Shown piece by piece: positions 62,500-64,000 of a DNA stretch of 64,000 bases. This DNA is from Ylistrum balloti. Taxonomy: Eukaryota. Each line of letters begins with the position of its first letter. Within the stretch, counting starts at the first letter, position 1. Location of the stretch: contig NW_026782608.1 in the NCBI RefSeq assembly GCF_031769215.1, forward strand, positions 682,001 through 746,000, read 5' to 3'. The translations under genes and the position numbers were made by a program. Under the pieces are notes generated by a model. It was not told where the DNA came from. It made no database searches and worked only from the letters and a program-made list of their open reading frames with translations.

Positions 62500-64000
62500 A
62501 ATCTCGAATCTGTGTCTACGCACCGAAAACTAGCTTTACAGGAAGTGAAATTTTCATAGTGTTAACATGTGGTCATATTATGAAGGATTTCCGGGTTGGA
62601 ATTTGCTAAAATGTAAGTACCGTGTTACCACGATCGTGTTTTTGATTTTAAGATAGGTGTTTAGAATAAAATTTCTTCTAGAAACTTCTAGTGTTAGGTT
62701 GGAGTTAGCAGTATTTTTGCATTTGTAGCATTTTTTCAGTTGGTAACCATGACAATCAAATGTCAGAAATCAGAAGAATTTTTTATTTACACAAATTTCA
62801 TCTCTCTACTGTTAATGTAATTGTTATGTAATTTATAAATATATATGAAATGATATATTTTTCATAACCAATCTACTATACCAGTATATCTCAAACATGA
62901 CCAATAATTTCAGGGAAAATGCAAATTAACAGTTTTCTTCTACCTCAGTCTTTCCAGAAAAGCTAACTAGTCAGGTATCTCTGGTACAGGGACATTTAAC
63001 ACTGTTTCCGGGAGAGTAGCATTGTGCAACTACATTTATACTAGTATAGTAATATTACTAATACTATTCTACACATGACCCCCTCACCACCAGCACGTAT
63101 CTACCTTCCTATGAACACACCAGTGGTAATAACAAGTCTGAAAGTCTAGAGGGAGCTCGTCCACCAAGGACCGAAAAGTCGTAATAGTGGACGTAAAACC
63201 CGTTCAAAAAATGAAAATAAATCTAGAGGGAACAAATCAAAGCCGTGGAACTTCCGGGAGATATCAGGACAAGATAAAAACAAAGGGTAATAACCAAAGC
63301 TGTTTAAAACAAAGCCACAGCTGTAAATCCACTAATTTGATTAAAACACAATTTTAAGACACGGTAATAAACGATCGGACATAGATCTATATCTTAGTCC
63401 TTCATATAACCTACCAAATAAATAAATTGAAATTGAATGGAAGATAAAATTTCAGAGATAGCCCCGACTTATCCCTTATTGAGCACTTATGGGACCAGCT
63501 GGTAGGCAGGTTCGACGACGTCAGCGTCCCCGTTACTCTGGCCCTCTTGGAAGAATGGGCCAACACCCAATGAGGAGGATAAACTCACTCATTAACTCCA
63601 TGTATATAACCAGGGCTGTGGAGAGAGCGAACGGGGGACATATCTGGTATTGACTAGCCAGCTCCCACAATCAGCCCATGTCGATTTCAGATTACATAAT
63701 TCTCTTTCATTCAATTACTTCTAAATCACTTACCAGATAGAAATCGTTGATTTTGCTGTTTGTTCTGTATGGATTAATATTCATTCTTACTTTAAAATAT
63801 TGAACATTATACTCGATGTCTTGCCTAGAATCATCATCATTGTTTACCCTGCGTTTCTTTACCCCTTGAGTATATATAACCCTTGTACATTTTATAATCG
63901 TTCTAGCTTCGAGTTCGACAAATAATCACGGATCGTAGTATAAGCAGGACGACGGATCAATCCTCAAAAGTAAAAATATATAAAGTACAGTGATGTTATG

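Noticed and set aside
63500-63690. GC-richer stretch with a short open frame
   Set aside because: It has multiple stops and no recognisable motif; probably element debris.

Overview
AT-rich, intron-containing animal genomic DNA. The repeat content (Helentron/HINE-like satellite elements, V- and CORE-type tRNA-SINE fragments) points to a bivalve mollusc, possibly a scallop; this is inference. Six spliced protein-coding genes can be assembled by hand, each with GT-AG junctions and consistent intron phases: MEIG1 (-), an uncharacterised secreted protein built from two internally duplicated helical modules (+), a secreted single IGFBP-domain protein (-), a secreted SdsA1/BDS1-type alkyl sulfatase with a Gly/Tyr-rich pro-piece and a furin-type site (+), an 8-finger C2H2 zinc-finger protein (-), and monoglyceride lipase (-). 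Between and inside the genes are six minisatellite arrays, about seven HINE-like elements, SINE and CR1-like LINE fragments, and a decayed coding remnant with a CYLD-like signature. There is no CRISPR array and no recognisable rRNA or tRNA gene. Several long ORFs in the supplied track are artefacts of tandem repeats. All family assignments come from motif recognition by eye; no database search was run.
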